A DNA stretch of 64,000 nucleotides from contig CAXXSL010000001.1 in NCBI GenBank assembly GCA_963675525.2, forward strand, positions 1-64,000, read 5' to 3'. A program made the position numbers and the translations under genes. Positions 31,302-41,520 of the stretch are shown one piece after another. The stretch is from Anaerohalosphaeraceae bacterium. GTDB lineage: Bacteria; Planctomycetota; Phycisphaerae; Sedimentisphaerales; Anaerohalosphaeraceae. Within the stretch, counting starts at the first letter, position 1. Every line of letters starts with the position of its first letter. A model generated the notes under the pieces. The model was not told the origin of the DNA, searched no databases, and saw only the letters and a list, made by a program, of their open reading frames with translations.

Positions 31302-32852
31302 ATGATGAATAAAAAGATGAAAATCCTGCTGATCAATCCGGAAGTCCCGGATACGTTCTGGAGTCTGAAGCACGCGCTGCGTTTCATTTCAAAAAAAGCG
31401 CTGCTGCCGCCGCTGGGACTGTTAACGGTGGCATCGATGCTGCCGCCGGTCTGGGAGAAAAAGCTGATTGATATGAACACGACCCGCCTACGTGACCGGC
31501 ATTTGAAGTGGGCGGACATGGTCTTCCTGACCGGCATGGTTATTCAGAAAAAGTCCGTAGACCGTATTATTGAACGGTGTAAGAAGCTGAACGTAAAAAT
31601 TACCGCCGGAGGTCCGTTGTTTACCGCGTTTCCGGAGGCCTATTTGAATATTGATCACCTTGTCCTGAAAGAAGCGGAAATCACGCTGCCCGCTTTTTTG
31701 CACGATATGGAAAAAGGATGTCCCGAAGCCTATTATACGACACGCCAAAGACCCGATCTCAAAGAGACGCCCATTCCGCAGTGGGATTTGATTAATATGA
31801 AAAAGTATGCGCTGATGGGAATTCAATATTCCCGGGGCTGTCCGTTTAATTGTGATTTTTGCGATGTGACAAGGCTTTTTGGACATGAGCTTCGGACCAA
31901 AACAACAGGGCAGATTCTCGCTGAACTTGACAATTTGTACGCCGCCGGATGGCGGGGCGAATTATTTTTTGTAGATGACAATTTTATCGGCAAAAAGAGC
32001 GTTCTGAAGAACCAACTGCTCCCGGCAATGATTCAGTGGATGGAGGCGAAAAATTATCCCTTCACGTTTAATACCCAGGCTTCCATGAATCTTGCCGATG
32101 ACGAGGAACTGATGACATTGATGGTTCGAGCAGGCTTTGACTGTGTATTTGTGGGCATCGAATCGCCGGATGAAACCAGTCTGACCGAATGCAACAAGGT
32201 GCAAAATACCGGCCGTGATATGGTTGCTGCGATCAAGAAGATCCAGCAGTTTGGCATGCAGGTGCAGGCGGGTTTTATTGTCGGCTTTGACAGCGACAAG
32301 CCGGGTGTGTTCGACAAAATGATAAACCTGATCCAGGACAGCGGCGTCGTCATGGCGATGGTGGGCTTGCTCAATGCCCCGCGGGGAACCAGGCTCTACA
32401 AGAAGTTGATGAGCGAAAACCGATTGACAACGCCGCCCACGGGAGACAATATGGACTGCACCATGAATTTTATCCCACGGATGGATATACACCAGCTTCT
32501 GGGTGGCTATCAGAAGGTACTCAATACGATCTACTCCCAGAATTACTATTGCAAACGGATCAAAACGTTTCTTGAGAACTACAATTTCAGCGACACCATT
32601 ATGCCCAAAGTGCGATATTCCAATTTAAAAGCTTTTTTCAAATGCATGTGGCGGATCGGTATGATCGAGAAGGGAAAAATTCACTATTGGAAGCTGATAT
32701 TTTGGTCGCTCAAAAAACCGCGAAGGCTGCCGTTGGCCGTCCGTTATTCAATCTACGGATTTCATTTTCGCAAGATGTTAAAAACCCTTCATCCTCAGAT
32801 GGAAGAACTTGTATCATCCTCGAATCAACGCAACAACGTTGACCACGGATAG
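31302..32852 (+). CDS. B12-binding radical SAM protein (DUF4070 tail; HpnP-like)
   Basis: PPLGLLTVA, SRGCPFNCDFC and FVDDNFIG motifs. Confidence 0.88.
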   Translation: MMNKKMKILLINPEVPDTFWSLKHALRFISKKALLPPLGLLTVASMLPPVWEKKLIDMNTTRLRDRHLKWADMVFLTGMVIQKKSVDRIIERCKKLNVKITAGGPLFTAFPEAYLNIDHLVLKEAEITLPAFLHDMEKGCPEAYYTTRQRPDLKETPIPQWDLINMKKYALMGIQYSRGCPFNCDFCDVTRLFGHELRTKTTGQILAELDNLYAAGWRGELFFVDDNFIGKKSVLKNQLLPAMIQWMEAKNYPFTFNTQASMNLADDEELMTLMVRAGFDCVFVGIESPDETSLTECNKVQNTGRDMVAAIKKIQQFGMQVQAGFIVGFDSDKPGVFDKMINLIQDSGVVMAMVGLLNAPRGTRLYKKLMSENRLTTPPTGDNMDCTMNFIPRMDIHQLLGGYQKVLNTIYSQNYYCKRIKTFLENYNFSDTIMPKVRYSNLKAFFKCMWRIGMIEKGKIHYWKLIFWSLKKPRRLPLAVRYSIYGFHFRKMLKTLHPQMEELVSSSNQRNNVDHG

Positions 32853-32960
32853 ATATAAAACAAAAGGGAAAATGGATGAGAAGAAAAGCGGATTGATCAT
32901 TGGAAAGGGTACGACTGTTGAGATCATCGAGACAATCCGTACACCCACGTAGGGAAAAGT

Positions 32961-33230
32961 GTGCCTGCTCGGAATGGACGTCACGAAAAAAAACGCAAAA
33001 TCGTTTGCCGCATCGGCGTTCTCCCACAAGGGTTCAGCTCGTTTGACAGGATAACGGTAAGAGAGACACTCCCGTACTACTCGAGACTTTTCAACTGCCG
33101 GAACACCGATATCGATGGGCTGATAGAACCGGCGAACCTCAAGCGGAAACGCGATGAGCGGTTCAATACCCTCTCCGGCGGATTGAAACATCGCCTCGGA
33201 ATTGTCATTGCGCTCGTGAACAACCCTGAG
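32961..33230 (+). pseudogene. Internal fragment of an ABC-transporter ATPase
   Basis: IGVLPQGF...TVRETL...LSGGLKHRLGIVIALVNNPEV, with no Walker A or Walker B. Confidence 0.65.
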
Positions 33231-33349
33231 GTTGCTCGCACCAGACAGGTCACCCGGTTGCCGCACTTGATCAACCGTCACACTAAGTGTTGCCCAATGA
33301 AACCACAGCCCCCAGTCACCAGCACAGATTGTGGAACCCTATTGTTCAT
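33225..33349 (-). pseudogene. 5' fragment of an NAD-dependent epimerase/dehydratase
   Basis: Hand translation MNNRVPQSVLVTGGCGFIGQHLV*RLIKCGNRVTCLVRATS. Confidence 0.65.
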
Positions 33350-33450
33350 AGTCGGTAGTATAATGGTGCAGCAATTATTTGTATTTTATTTTTGGGTTCT
33401 CTGCTTGCACAAAATGGATTTCCGCTGACAGTGACACAGAGATTGCCGGA

Positions 33451-34245
33451 CTACTCGTTGATTTTTTGGGTTCGATATTGAATGTAGACGTTGCGCATCG
33501 CCACATAGGGATCCAGTGCATCGGCCTTCAAAGCTTCATACTCTCCGATGTGAAACGAGGTCTCGTTGGTAACCCTTGTCGCGGAGATGCCGATCGCCGC
33601 TTCGGTGGGTTCGACATAAAAAACCGGATTTAGAAACATATCGCCCACCATACCGACGGAATCTCGTAGAGTCGATGGGCCGAAAATAGGCAGGACAACA
33701 TAGAAACCGTTACCAACACCATAGGTCGCAATTGTCTGGCCCAAATCCTCCCTGGCCGGAGGCGCTAAGTCGTGTCGATCCTTTGCCGGGTCGCCGAAGC
33801 CAAGAATCCCTGCGGTCGTGTTGACCCAGAATCGCTTCAGTTCCATATCGGCGACAGTTTTTTTCCCTTGAAGGTGGCAATTGACAAACCGGACAGGTGT
33901 CGTAAGATTCTGGAAGAAATTGCCGATGCAGATGCGTGCCGGTTCCGGGGTGACATGTGTGTATACTTGTGTAACGGGTTTAAGCAGCCAGAAGTAGAAC
34001 GCGTCATTGACATGGTACATGATGCGATTGACCGGTTCCAGAGGATCGGCCACTTCAACGACTTTTTGTTCAAACTCCTCTTCAAATAAATCAAAATCGG
34101 CATTGGCCGCTTGCTTAGTGGGGTCATTAAAGGCCCGTACAGGAACCGGAGATGAGGATGTTGTCTCCGAAACCGCGCACCCGGACACCATTACCGCCAC
34201 GATGGCGAGAATACAAGCCCTTATTTTCATGGTATCTCCCTTCAC
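33451..34245 (-). CDS. mlaA: VacJ/MlaA-family lipoprotein
   Basis: DPLEPVNR, EDLGQT, LPIFGPSTLRD and DPY motifs. Confidence 0.9.
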   Translation of the reverse strand: MKGDTMKIRACILAIVAVMVSGCAVSETTSSSPVPVRAFNDPTKQAANADFDLFEEEFEQKVVEVADPLEPVNRIMYHVNDAFYFWLLKPVTQVYTHVTPEPARICIGNFFQNLTTPVRFVNCHLQGKKTVADMELKRFWVNTTAGILGFGDPAKDRHDLAPPAREDLGQTIATYGVGNGFYVVLPIFGPSTLRDSVGMVGDMFLNPVFYVEPTEAAIGISATRVTNETSFHIGEYEALKADALDPYVAMRNVYIQYRTQKINE

Positions 34246-34293
34246 GAACAGTTATGGTCTTTCAGAGCTATTATATGCTTTCTTCGCGAACAA

Positions 34294-36816
34294 TCAACTC
34301 TCTTTGCCAAAGGGTTTTAACAAAATCAGCATGACTGGCAGAAAAGTGAGAGCGGCCAGAATCGCCGTTAACATGACTAATACCGTCAGCAAACCGAAGT
34401 AGACCGTCGGGATGAAATTTGACACGGTCAGAATCAAAAAGCCAATGATGATCGTCACTGACGTGTCATACATCGCATGGCCAATGCTTCCATGGCACCG
34501 ACGCATCGTCGAAAGGTATTTGTGATCTTTTTTAAATTCGGATTCAAATCGGTGGATGTAGTGAATCGTGTCATCGACCGCTATCCCGAGGCTGATCGCC
34601 GCGATGGTGATCGTCATCATGTCCATAGGGATGTCGAGCCACCCCATCACGCCTAACATCACCAACACCGGCAGCACATTCGGAATCAGTGCGATCACAG
34701 ATACTTTCAAGGACCTGAACAGGATTAAAAACATCACCATCAGAACCAACACCGTCAGTCCTAACGTAACGATCTGTGATCCGAACAGGTTTTGCAGCAT
34801 ATTGTTGTACAGGACCATCATTCCGGCAAGATGAACATGGTCCTTGCTGAGCCCAAGTGTTTCGGGCAGGTCTTTGTGGATCTTTTTCAGTAGCTCGTCA
34901 CGACGCAGGGTCTTTTCCGAATCTTTGATGCGGACCCAAAACCGCGCCTGATTATCCTCCACTGAGATATACGGCTTGATCAGCATTTCTCTGAATGAGT
35001 CCGGGGTTTCGTTGTAAAGCAAAGCCAGCTCAAAACTGTCCAATGGTTTGCCATCGGTCAGTTGTTCGGCAACACTCAGCACTGTGGCCATTGACATCAC
35101 TTTGCCGGTTTCGGGCAGGCCGTCAAGATAAGCATGCACGGATTTGATGCGGCTCATCTTGTCCGAGGTGAACCAGTATTTGTCCTCACTGGCGGCCGTG
35201 TCGAATTCAGCGAATTCATCGAACACGTCATCACCTGCCAGTATCACCGCTTTGGTGGCCTCTGACTGCGCCTCGGATTCTTCAAAATCTATCAAGACAT
35301 CCAGAGGCGTCGTGCCACCAAGGGATTGGTCAATGACTTTCATCCCTTTGTAAATTTCCGATGATTTTTTGAAGTAATCAATAAATGAGTTTTCCACTCT
35401 CAGCTTCGACATGCCCATTACGCTGACAATAAGAACAATGGCACTGACAGTGAGAATCAGTGCAGAATGCGACTCTGTAAATCCAGCTAACGTCGCTGTC
35501 AAGGAAAAGCGGGGGTATTTCCTGCCAACCGGCATATCTTTGGGCATCAGAATCAGAACCACTGGAAAAAGCAGAAAGGTCACAATCAACGATATAACCA
35601 GTCCCAGCATCATCATCCTGCCGAACATGATGACCGGCAGCATATCACAAAAAGCCAGGGATGCAAAACCGGCGATCGTGGTTATTGTCGTGTAAAAACA
35701 AGGCTTCAACATCAGCCGGATCGTCTCTGAAATTAATTCCCGATTCGGGGCCTGCGGTTTTTCCTGCCGCAGTTCCCGGTATCGCACGATCAGGTGTATC
35801 GTCAGTGACGTTGTGATGATCAGTTGCAGGGAGATGAAATTAGATGAAACGACCGTGACCTTCCAACCGAGCCATCCCAGCAAACCTGCCATGATGACAA
35901 TCGAAACCAAACTGCAAAGCATCGGCAGGCAGATCCATCGAATTCTCCGAAAGATCATTCCAAGCATCAGCATCAAAAAAAACAGCACCCCGAAACCGAA
36001 GTACTTCAGGTCATTTTTGATGAATGTGATCATGTCGTCTGCGATCATGCCGATGCCGCCGAGAAACAGGTCGCCCTCGCCGCGATACATGTCGATGATC
36101 TTCCGTATGGCAACAATGTTTTGATGACGCTGCCGTTTTATTTTGTCGCTGTATTGCTGCATCTGCTCAGTCAGATGGTTCAGTTCGGTATGTTCTGCCG
36201 AAGTCAAATAATGCGATGTTTCTTCGTGCAGCAGTATACCGCGCCGGTCTTTCAGGTCACGATAACTCTCGTCGTCAAGTAAATTGATCAGTAAAGCCGT
36301 TGTCCGTAAGTCATGACTGACCAGAAGGTCCTGATAAATAGGGCTGTCACGGAATTCTTTTTTTGCCATATCACGGTCAACACGCTCGGAGGAAAGCGTG
36401 GGCAACTCTTCCGTCAGTTCCTTCAGTGACAGTGGCGGGCTTTCCAGCAGGGGAACATCCAGAATTGAAACAACAGATAAGACTCCTTCAAGTGATTCCA
36501 GTTCGTCTTGCAGTTGAGATAACGTTGCCAGTGTCTGGGGGGAGAATAATTCGTCCTTCGGCGTAAACGTCAGTATCAGGAAGTCATTTTTTCCATACTG
36601 CGAACTGATTAAACGCGAATAACGCAAGTCCTTGTCGTTTTGCAGCAACAGTGTATCTGCAGAAGCGTCCAGTCTGAACTGTTTGGCCTCAACGGCAAAA
36701 AAGACAACGACCCCCAACAGGCAGCCGATCACGATCTTGGGATATTCCAGAATCACCCGGTCGAAAAAAGAGGCAATCATTGAGTTGCGTTTCGTCATGA
36801 TTATGGATCCATCCAT
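34294..36816 (-). CDS. MMPL/RND-family lipid transporter
   Basis: Two MMPL repeats; GIAVDDTIHY motif. Confidence 0.9.
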   Translation of the reverse strand: MDGSIIMTKRNSMIASFFDRVILEYPKIVIGCLLGVVVFFAVEAKQFRLDASADTLLLQNDKDLRYSRLISSQYGKNDFLILTFTPKDELFSPQTLATLSQLQDELESLEGVLSVVSILDVPLLESPPLSLKELTEELPTLSSERVDRDMAKKEFRDSPIYQDLLVSHDLRTTALLINLLDDESYRDLKDRRGILLHEETSHYLTSAEHTELNHLTEQMQQYSDKIKRQRHQNIVAIRKIIDMYRGEGDLFLGGIGMIADDMITFIKNDLKYFGFGVLFFLMLMLGMIFRRIRWICLPMLCSLVSIVIMAGLLGWLGWKVTVVSSNFISLQLIITTSLTIHLIVRYRELRQEKPQAPNRELISETIRLMLKPCFYTTITTIAGFASLAFCDMLPVIMFGRMMMLGLVISLIVTFLLFPVVLILMPKDMPVGRKYPRFSLTATLAGFTESHSALILTVSAIVLIVSVMGMSKLRVENSFIDYFKKSSEIYKGMKVIDQSLGGTTPLDVLIDFEESEAQSEATKAVILAGDDVFDEFAEFDTAASEDKYWFTSDKMSRIKSVHAYLDGLPETGKVMSMATVLSVAEQLTDGKPLDSFELALLYNETPDSFREMLIKPYISVEDNQARFWVRIKDSEKTLRRDELLKKIHKDLPETLGLSKDHVHLAGMMVLYNNMLQNLFGSQIVTLGLTVLVLMVMFLILFRSLKVSVIALIPNVLPVLVMLGVMGWLDIPMDMMTITIAAISLGIAVDDTIHYIHRFESEFKKDHKYLSTMRRCHGSIGHAMYDTSVTIIIGFLILTVSNFIPTVYFGLLTVLVMLTAILAALTFLPVMLILLKPFGKES

Positions 36817-36830
36817 CTGATATTTATGGA

Positions 36831-37472
36831 TCAGGGCGTCGCCGGTTTTTCAAGCTGTGAAATAAGCTCCTCATAAGAGCCGTGACTGAGCGTGTCCGTG
36901 AATTGCGACCGGTACGTCAATATAATGCTGACGCCCTGTATTTCGACATCATAGATTTTCCAGCCGTTTTCGGCCTTACGAAGCATGTACAAAATGGTTA
37001 TGTTTTTGTCGCCGGAAACCAGCAGCATCGGGATCTGGACCGTATTCTTTTTTTGAATGGCTGAGCCGATGGATGCTTTTTCGTCTTTGTAGAGCAGGAT
37101 TTTCTCCCGATAGGCGTCTTTGAGCCGCTTAACAAAAAGCCGACTGAATGTCTCATACTGAGAAGAAGTTAATTTCGACCAGTTCGTTTTGCCCAATGCA
37201 AGTTTGCTCATGAGCGAAAAATCGAAGATGGGGCTGACAATTTTATTGATGATCTTCTCTTTGGACGCCTGGTCAATATCTTTGCTTTGGAGCACTTTGA
37301 TTACGGCATTCCACTTGACCTGTAACACCTCGTTCGGGTCGTTCGGATCCTGAATAACAACTTCCCACTTGGTCAATAAGAGTTCGTTCGGATCATTCGG
37401 ATCTTCGAGGTCCGCTTTGACAACCTGACTGGCAATCAAGAGAACAAAACAAACACACCAATGCTTTTTCAT
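36831..37472 (-). CDS. MlaC/Ttg2D-family lipid-binding protein
   Basis: FDFSLMSKLALG and WKIYDVEIQGVS...YRSQF motifs. Confidence 0.88.
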   Translation of the reverse strand: MKKHWCVCFVLLIASQVVKADLEDPNDPNELLLTKWEVVIQDPNDPNEVLQVKWNAVIKVLQSKDIDQASKEKIINKIVSPIFDFSLMSKLALGKTNWSKLTSSQYETFSRLFVKRLKDAYREKILLYKDEKASIGSAIQKKNTVQIPMLLVSGDKNITILYMLRKAENGWKIYDVEIQGVSIILTYRSQFTDTLSHGSYEELISQLEKPATP

Positions 37473-38104
37473 GCCCTATGCCTTTATGTAATTTCCACTT
37501 CCATGTCCACAACAATTAACATTGTATTTTTGAGCCGGCAATGCTGCAAGCCTAAAAGGACTGGACACGTCAACTTTTACAAAATACCATAATTTCATTA
37601 TGCATTCGTTTAATACAGATGATAACTAAAAATCAACTACAAGTCATCCCTAAATCCGGTATTAAGCCGTTATTAATACTAAAAACCCTGTTTTTCATAA
37701 ATTTTGGATAGGTTCTTTTCTTGCAGTCAATATCAAAACTGGATACACTTATCTATAAGAGCCTCCTGTTTAAAAGGGTATGGGACCCGCTTCCTGCGGG
37801 ACCACATAAAACAAAATATCTCGGGCGTGACGCACGGCCCTGCATATTATAACCTCTTGCGGGAGATTCCGGTTACATAGTTCTTTCCAACTGAAGTCTT
37901 GTGGCATCGGTTAAGAACCAATACAGCAATGCCAACTGTTTTTGTCTTCATGGTAAGTCCCTTTCGAATACCTTCTGCTCAAGGACTGATTATAGGGGAC
38001 AGGGCGAAAGACGGCAAGTTTTTTGGCTTTTCAATTTTGGGGGCAGATAAAGTTGTTCTTCACCTTCGCTGCGATTTTGAGCTATCGGCGAAATATCACG
38101 CAAT

Positions 38105-38133
38105 AAAAAAGGCCGGAGTTAACCGGCCTTTTT
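38105..38133. terminator. Bidirectional terminator after nrdJ
   Basis: AAAAAAGGCCGG-AGTTAA-CCGGCCTTTTT. Confidence 0.8.
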
Positions 38134-38172
38134 GTTTTTGTAAGCTGTTCAAATTATGAACAGCTTATAATT

Positions 38173-41100
38173 CTATGAGCATCCCATTGAGTTACCGCAG
38201 TTGAAGCATCTGTAGCATGTTCCGTTCCGGACGCAGATGCTGCCGCAGACGTCACAGGCGGGGGCGTCGTCCTGGAAGTGGTTGAACTGTTCGTTGAACT
38301 GGTTCAACGCCTGAGTACCGTCGGGATTTGTGATCGCGGCGGCCACCGTTTCCACCACGCGGTCGGCAAAGCGGTCCGAAGCGGGCTTGGTGACGACCCT
38401 GACCTGCGGGACGGAAGGGGGTATATGGGGCGGTTGCTTTTTTTGTTGTGCGGCCTTGGCCTCGTCGATCTTCTTGGCCAGGTCCTGTGTCTTCTGGACA
38501 AGCTGTTTGGCGGTGGTGCTGGACTTATTCTCGCCTCCAGCGGCGGGGGTTCTGTTGGGCGTGTTTTTTTCCGCGTATCCCGGGATGAACTGGCAGCCCA
38601 TCCAGCAGAAGATATAGTCGATGAGGCTCTTGGCGAACGGGATATTCTTGTTGCTGGTCATGCCTGCCGGCTCGAAGCGAGCGTGACGGAACTTATCGAC
38701 CAGTGTGATCAGCGGAACGCCGTACTGCAGGGCCATGGAAACACAGGTACCCACGACATCCATAAGGCCTCCGACGGTGCTGCCCTCCTTGGCCATAGTG
38801 ATAAACAACTCACCAGGCTGGCCGTCCTCGTACAGCCCCACCGTCAGATAACCTTCGTGACCTGCAACGGAGAATTTATGCGTAATGCTCTGGCGTGTTT
38901 CGGCCAGACGGCGTCTAAACGGACGCGCGGGTGCAACGGCCTCCTCCGAAGCCTTTTTCTTCTTGTCGCCGGTCTTTGAATCCGTGTTTACAGGTTGGAG
39001 GCGTTTGGAGCCGTCGCGGTAGATAGCGACCGCTTTCAATCCGAGTTTCCAGCCTTCCATATAGGCCGAAGCGATCTCTTCGGCATCGCTTTCCTTCGGC
39101 ATGTTGATCGTCTTGCTGATGGCCCCTGAGAGGAAGGGCTGTACGGCGGCCATCATTTTCAGATGGGCCAGGTAATGAATATGCCGGCTGCCGTTCTTGG
39201 CCTTGAAAGCGCAATCGAAGATCGGCAGGTGTTCTTCTCTTAAATGGGTGGATGTTTCGATGGTATCGTCGGCGTCAATGGTTTCGCAAATCTGGCTGAT
39301 CTCGTCGGGCGTATAGCCGATGCGTTCCAATGCCATGGGGACGGTCTGGTTGACGAGTTTGAGCATGCCGCCGCCGGCGAGGAGTTTGTATTTGACCAGC
39401 GCGATGTCCGGCTCGACGCCGGTGGTATCGCAGTCCATCATGAAGCCGATGGTGCCGGTCGGGGCTAGTACGGTGGTCTGTGCGTTGCGATAGCCGTGTT
39501 GGGTGCCTGTGTCGAATGCTTCGTCCCAGGCGTCTTTGGCGGCGCTGAGCAAATAATCCGGGCAGTGCATTTCCGGAATGTTGTTGGCGTGGTCGCGGTG
39601 CATGGCGATGACACTCATCATGGGTTCTTTGTTCAGGTCGAAATCGGCGAATGGGCCTTTGGCCGCAGCCAGTTCGGCACTGACGGCATAGGCGGTTCCG
39701 GTCATGATCGCCGTGATCGCCGAGGCCCAGGTGCGGGCCTGATCGGAATCATAGGGCATCGCCAGGCTCATCATCAGGCATCCGAGGTTGGCATAGCCCA
39801 GACCCAACGGACGGAAACGGTGGCTGTTATCGGTGATGCGTGCTTCGGGGTAGCTGCCGTTATCGACGAGGATTTCCTGGGCGATAATGAACAGGCGGAT
39901 GGCCCGCTTGAAGTTATCCAGATTGAAAGTGCCGTCTTCGTTGCGGAATTTCATCAGGTTCAGCGACGCGAGATTGCAGGCGGAGTTATTAACGAACATG
40001 TATTCGCTGCACGGGTTGGAGGCGTTGATGGGGCCGGAGTTCGGACAGGTATGCCACTTGTTGATGGTGCTGTGGTACTGCAGGCCCGGGTCGCCGCAAA
40101 TGCGGGTGCCTTCGGCAATCAGTTCCATCAGTTCCCGGGCGGAATGCGTTTCGATTTCCTCGCCGGTGGTGATGGATTTGGTGACCCATTTGCCGTCCGT
40201 TTCGGCCGCTTCCATGAATTCATCGGTAACGCGAACGGACAGATTGGCGTTCTGGAACATGACGCTGTTGTAAGCGTCGTCGGGGGTATATCCCTGATCG
40301 ATCAGCGCCCATGCTTTCTTTTCTTCTTCGGTTTTGCAGTTGATGAAGTCCTTGATATCCGGATGATCGATCATCAAAGACTGCATTTTGGCGGCGCGGC
40401 GTGTCTTGCCGCCGGACTTAACGACTGCGGCGATCTGGTCAAAGACCCGCATAAAGCTTAAGGGGCCGGACGGTCTGCCGCCGCCGGAAAGCTTTTCCCT
40501 GCTGCTGCGGAGCGTTGACATGTCGGTGCCGGTCCCGGAGCCGTGCTTAAAGAGCATCGCCTCGCTGCGTGCCAGCCGCATGATGTCATCCATCGTGTCA
40601 TCGACGGACTGGATAAAACAGGCCGAGGCCTGCGGGTATTCGTAACTGCTTTCGCAGAGGACGGATTTCTGTTCGGTTTCGTCCCAGCGGAAGTTATGCT
40701 GGCTGCCTTTGACGCCGTACACATCGAACAGGCCGACGTTGAACCAGACCGGTGAGTTGAACGCGCCGTACTGATTGACGCACAGATAGGTCAATTCGTT
40801 GTAGAAGTTTTCGGTATCTTCTTCGGTTTCGAAGTAGCCGTCTTTCTGGCCGCGGTCGGCAATGGCCCGGCACACTCGGTGCACCAGTTGCTTGACGGAG
40901 TTCTCGCGCTGGCCGGAGTGTACGTCACCGTAGAAATACTTGCTGACGACAACCTTGGTGGCTAACTGACTCCAGTTGGCCGGCACTTCGACGTCGTTTT
41001 GCTCGAAGATCGCCTTGCCGGTTTCGTCAGCGATCTTGGCCTGTCGTTTTTCCCACTCCAACTCATCGAACGGATGTACGCCGGGAGTCGAAAAATGCGT

Positions 41101-41205
41101 TGGTATTTTAAGTCCTTTTTTATCCATTTTCCGGGAAGTTTCCCATGGTTTAAGCCCTGAATTGATGATACTTTCGTCTGTCTTAGGATTCCGTTCTTCG
41201 GACAT
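38173..41205 (-). CDS. nrdJ: Class II (B12-dependent) ribonucleotide reductase
   Basis: NSPVWFN, SACFI, SNPCSEY, APTGT, TSCPD domain and C-terminal CxxC...CxxC. Confidence 0.95.
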   Translation of the reverse strand: MSEERNPKTDESIINSGLKPWETSRKMDKKGLKIPTHFSTPGVHPFDELEWEKRQAKIADETGKAIFEQNDVEVPANWSQLATKVVVSKYFYGDVHSGQRENSVKQLVHRVCRAIADRGQKDGYFETEEDTENFYNELTYLCVNQYGAFNSPVWFNVGLFDVYGVKGSQHNFRWDETEQKSVLCESSYEYPQASACFIQSVDDTMDDIMRLARSEAMLFKHGSGTGTDMSTLRSSREKLSGGGRPSGPLSFMRVFDQIAAVVKSGGKTRRAAKMQSLMIDHPDIKDFINCKTEEEKKAWALIDQGYTPDDAYNSVMFQNANLSVRVTDEFMEAAETDGKWVTKSITTGEEIETHSARELMELIAEGTRICGDPGLQYHSTINKWHTCPNSGPINASNPCSEYMFVNNSACNLASLNLMKFRNEDGTFNLDNFKRAIRLFIIAQEILVDNGSYPEARITDNSHRFRPLGLGYANLGCLMMSLAMPYDSDQARTWASAITAIMTGTAYAVSAELAAAKGPFADFDLNKEPMMSVIAMHRDHANNIPEMHCPDYLLSAAKDAWDEAFDTGTQHGYRNAQTTVLAPTGTIGFMMDCDTTGVEPDIALVKYKLLAGGGMLKLVNQTVPMALERIGYTPDEISQICETIDADDTIETSTHLREEHLPIFDCAFKAKNGSRHIHYLAHLKMMAAVQPFLSGAISKTINMPKESDAEEIASAYMEGWKLGLKAVAIYRDGSKRLQPVNTDSKTGDKKKKASEEAVAPARPFRRRLAETRQSITHKFSVAGHEGYLTVGLYEDGQPGELFITMAKEGSTVGGLMDVVGTCVSMALQYGVPLITLVDKFRHARFEPAGMTSNKNIPFAKSLIDYIFCWMGCQFIPGYAEKNTPNRTPAAGGENKSSTTAKQLVQKTQDLAKKIDEAKAAQQKKQPPHIPPSVPQVRVVTKPASDRFADRVVETVAAAITNPDGTQALNQFNEQFNHFQDDAPACDVCGSICVRNGTCYRCFNCGNSMGCS

Positions 41206-41224
41206 TCTTACCTCCCTGTATGAA

Positions 41225-41271
41225 ATACAAGATGTTGAATAATAGTATAATTAGATAACAAGATGTAGCCA
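41225..41271. promoter_or_regulatory. Tandem NrdR boxes
   Basis: ATACAAGATGTTGAAT (41225) and TAACAAGATGTAGCCA (41256), 31 bp apart, directly upstream of nrdJ. Confidence 0.75.
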
Positions 41272-41520
41272 TTTAGCTAATACGCACTATAGCGTTCTGT
41301 GGTTACGATGCAAGCGGGAAAAATCAAAAATAATGTTTATTTTTCGTTAGTTCTTGAAAACAAGAGATTAATGATGGAAAAATTTTTTTGGAGATCAAAA
41401 GATGCGTTTTTATCGGTTTTCTGGCACGCTTTTTACTATCTTTCTTTTTTTGTCAAAAGGTGGTATGTTCTTACTATTGTATAAGGTGTTCTTTGCCGAT
41501 TCAGAGTAGGAGCCGTTTGG

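Noticed and set aside
38278..40755. Long antisense ORFs over nrdJ (similar ones over argS, hppA and argJ)
   Set aside because: Shadow frames expected from GC-rich codon bias
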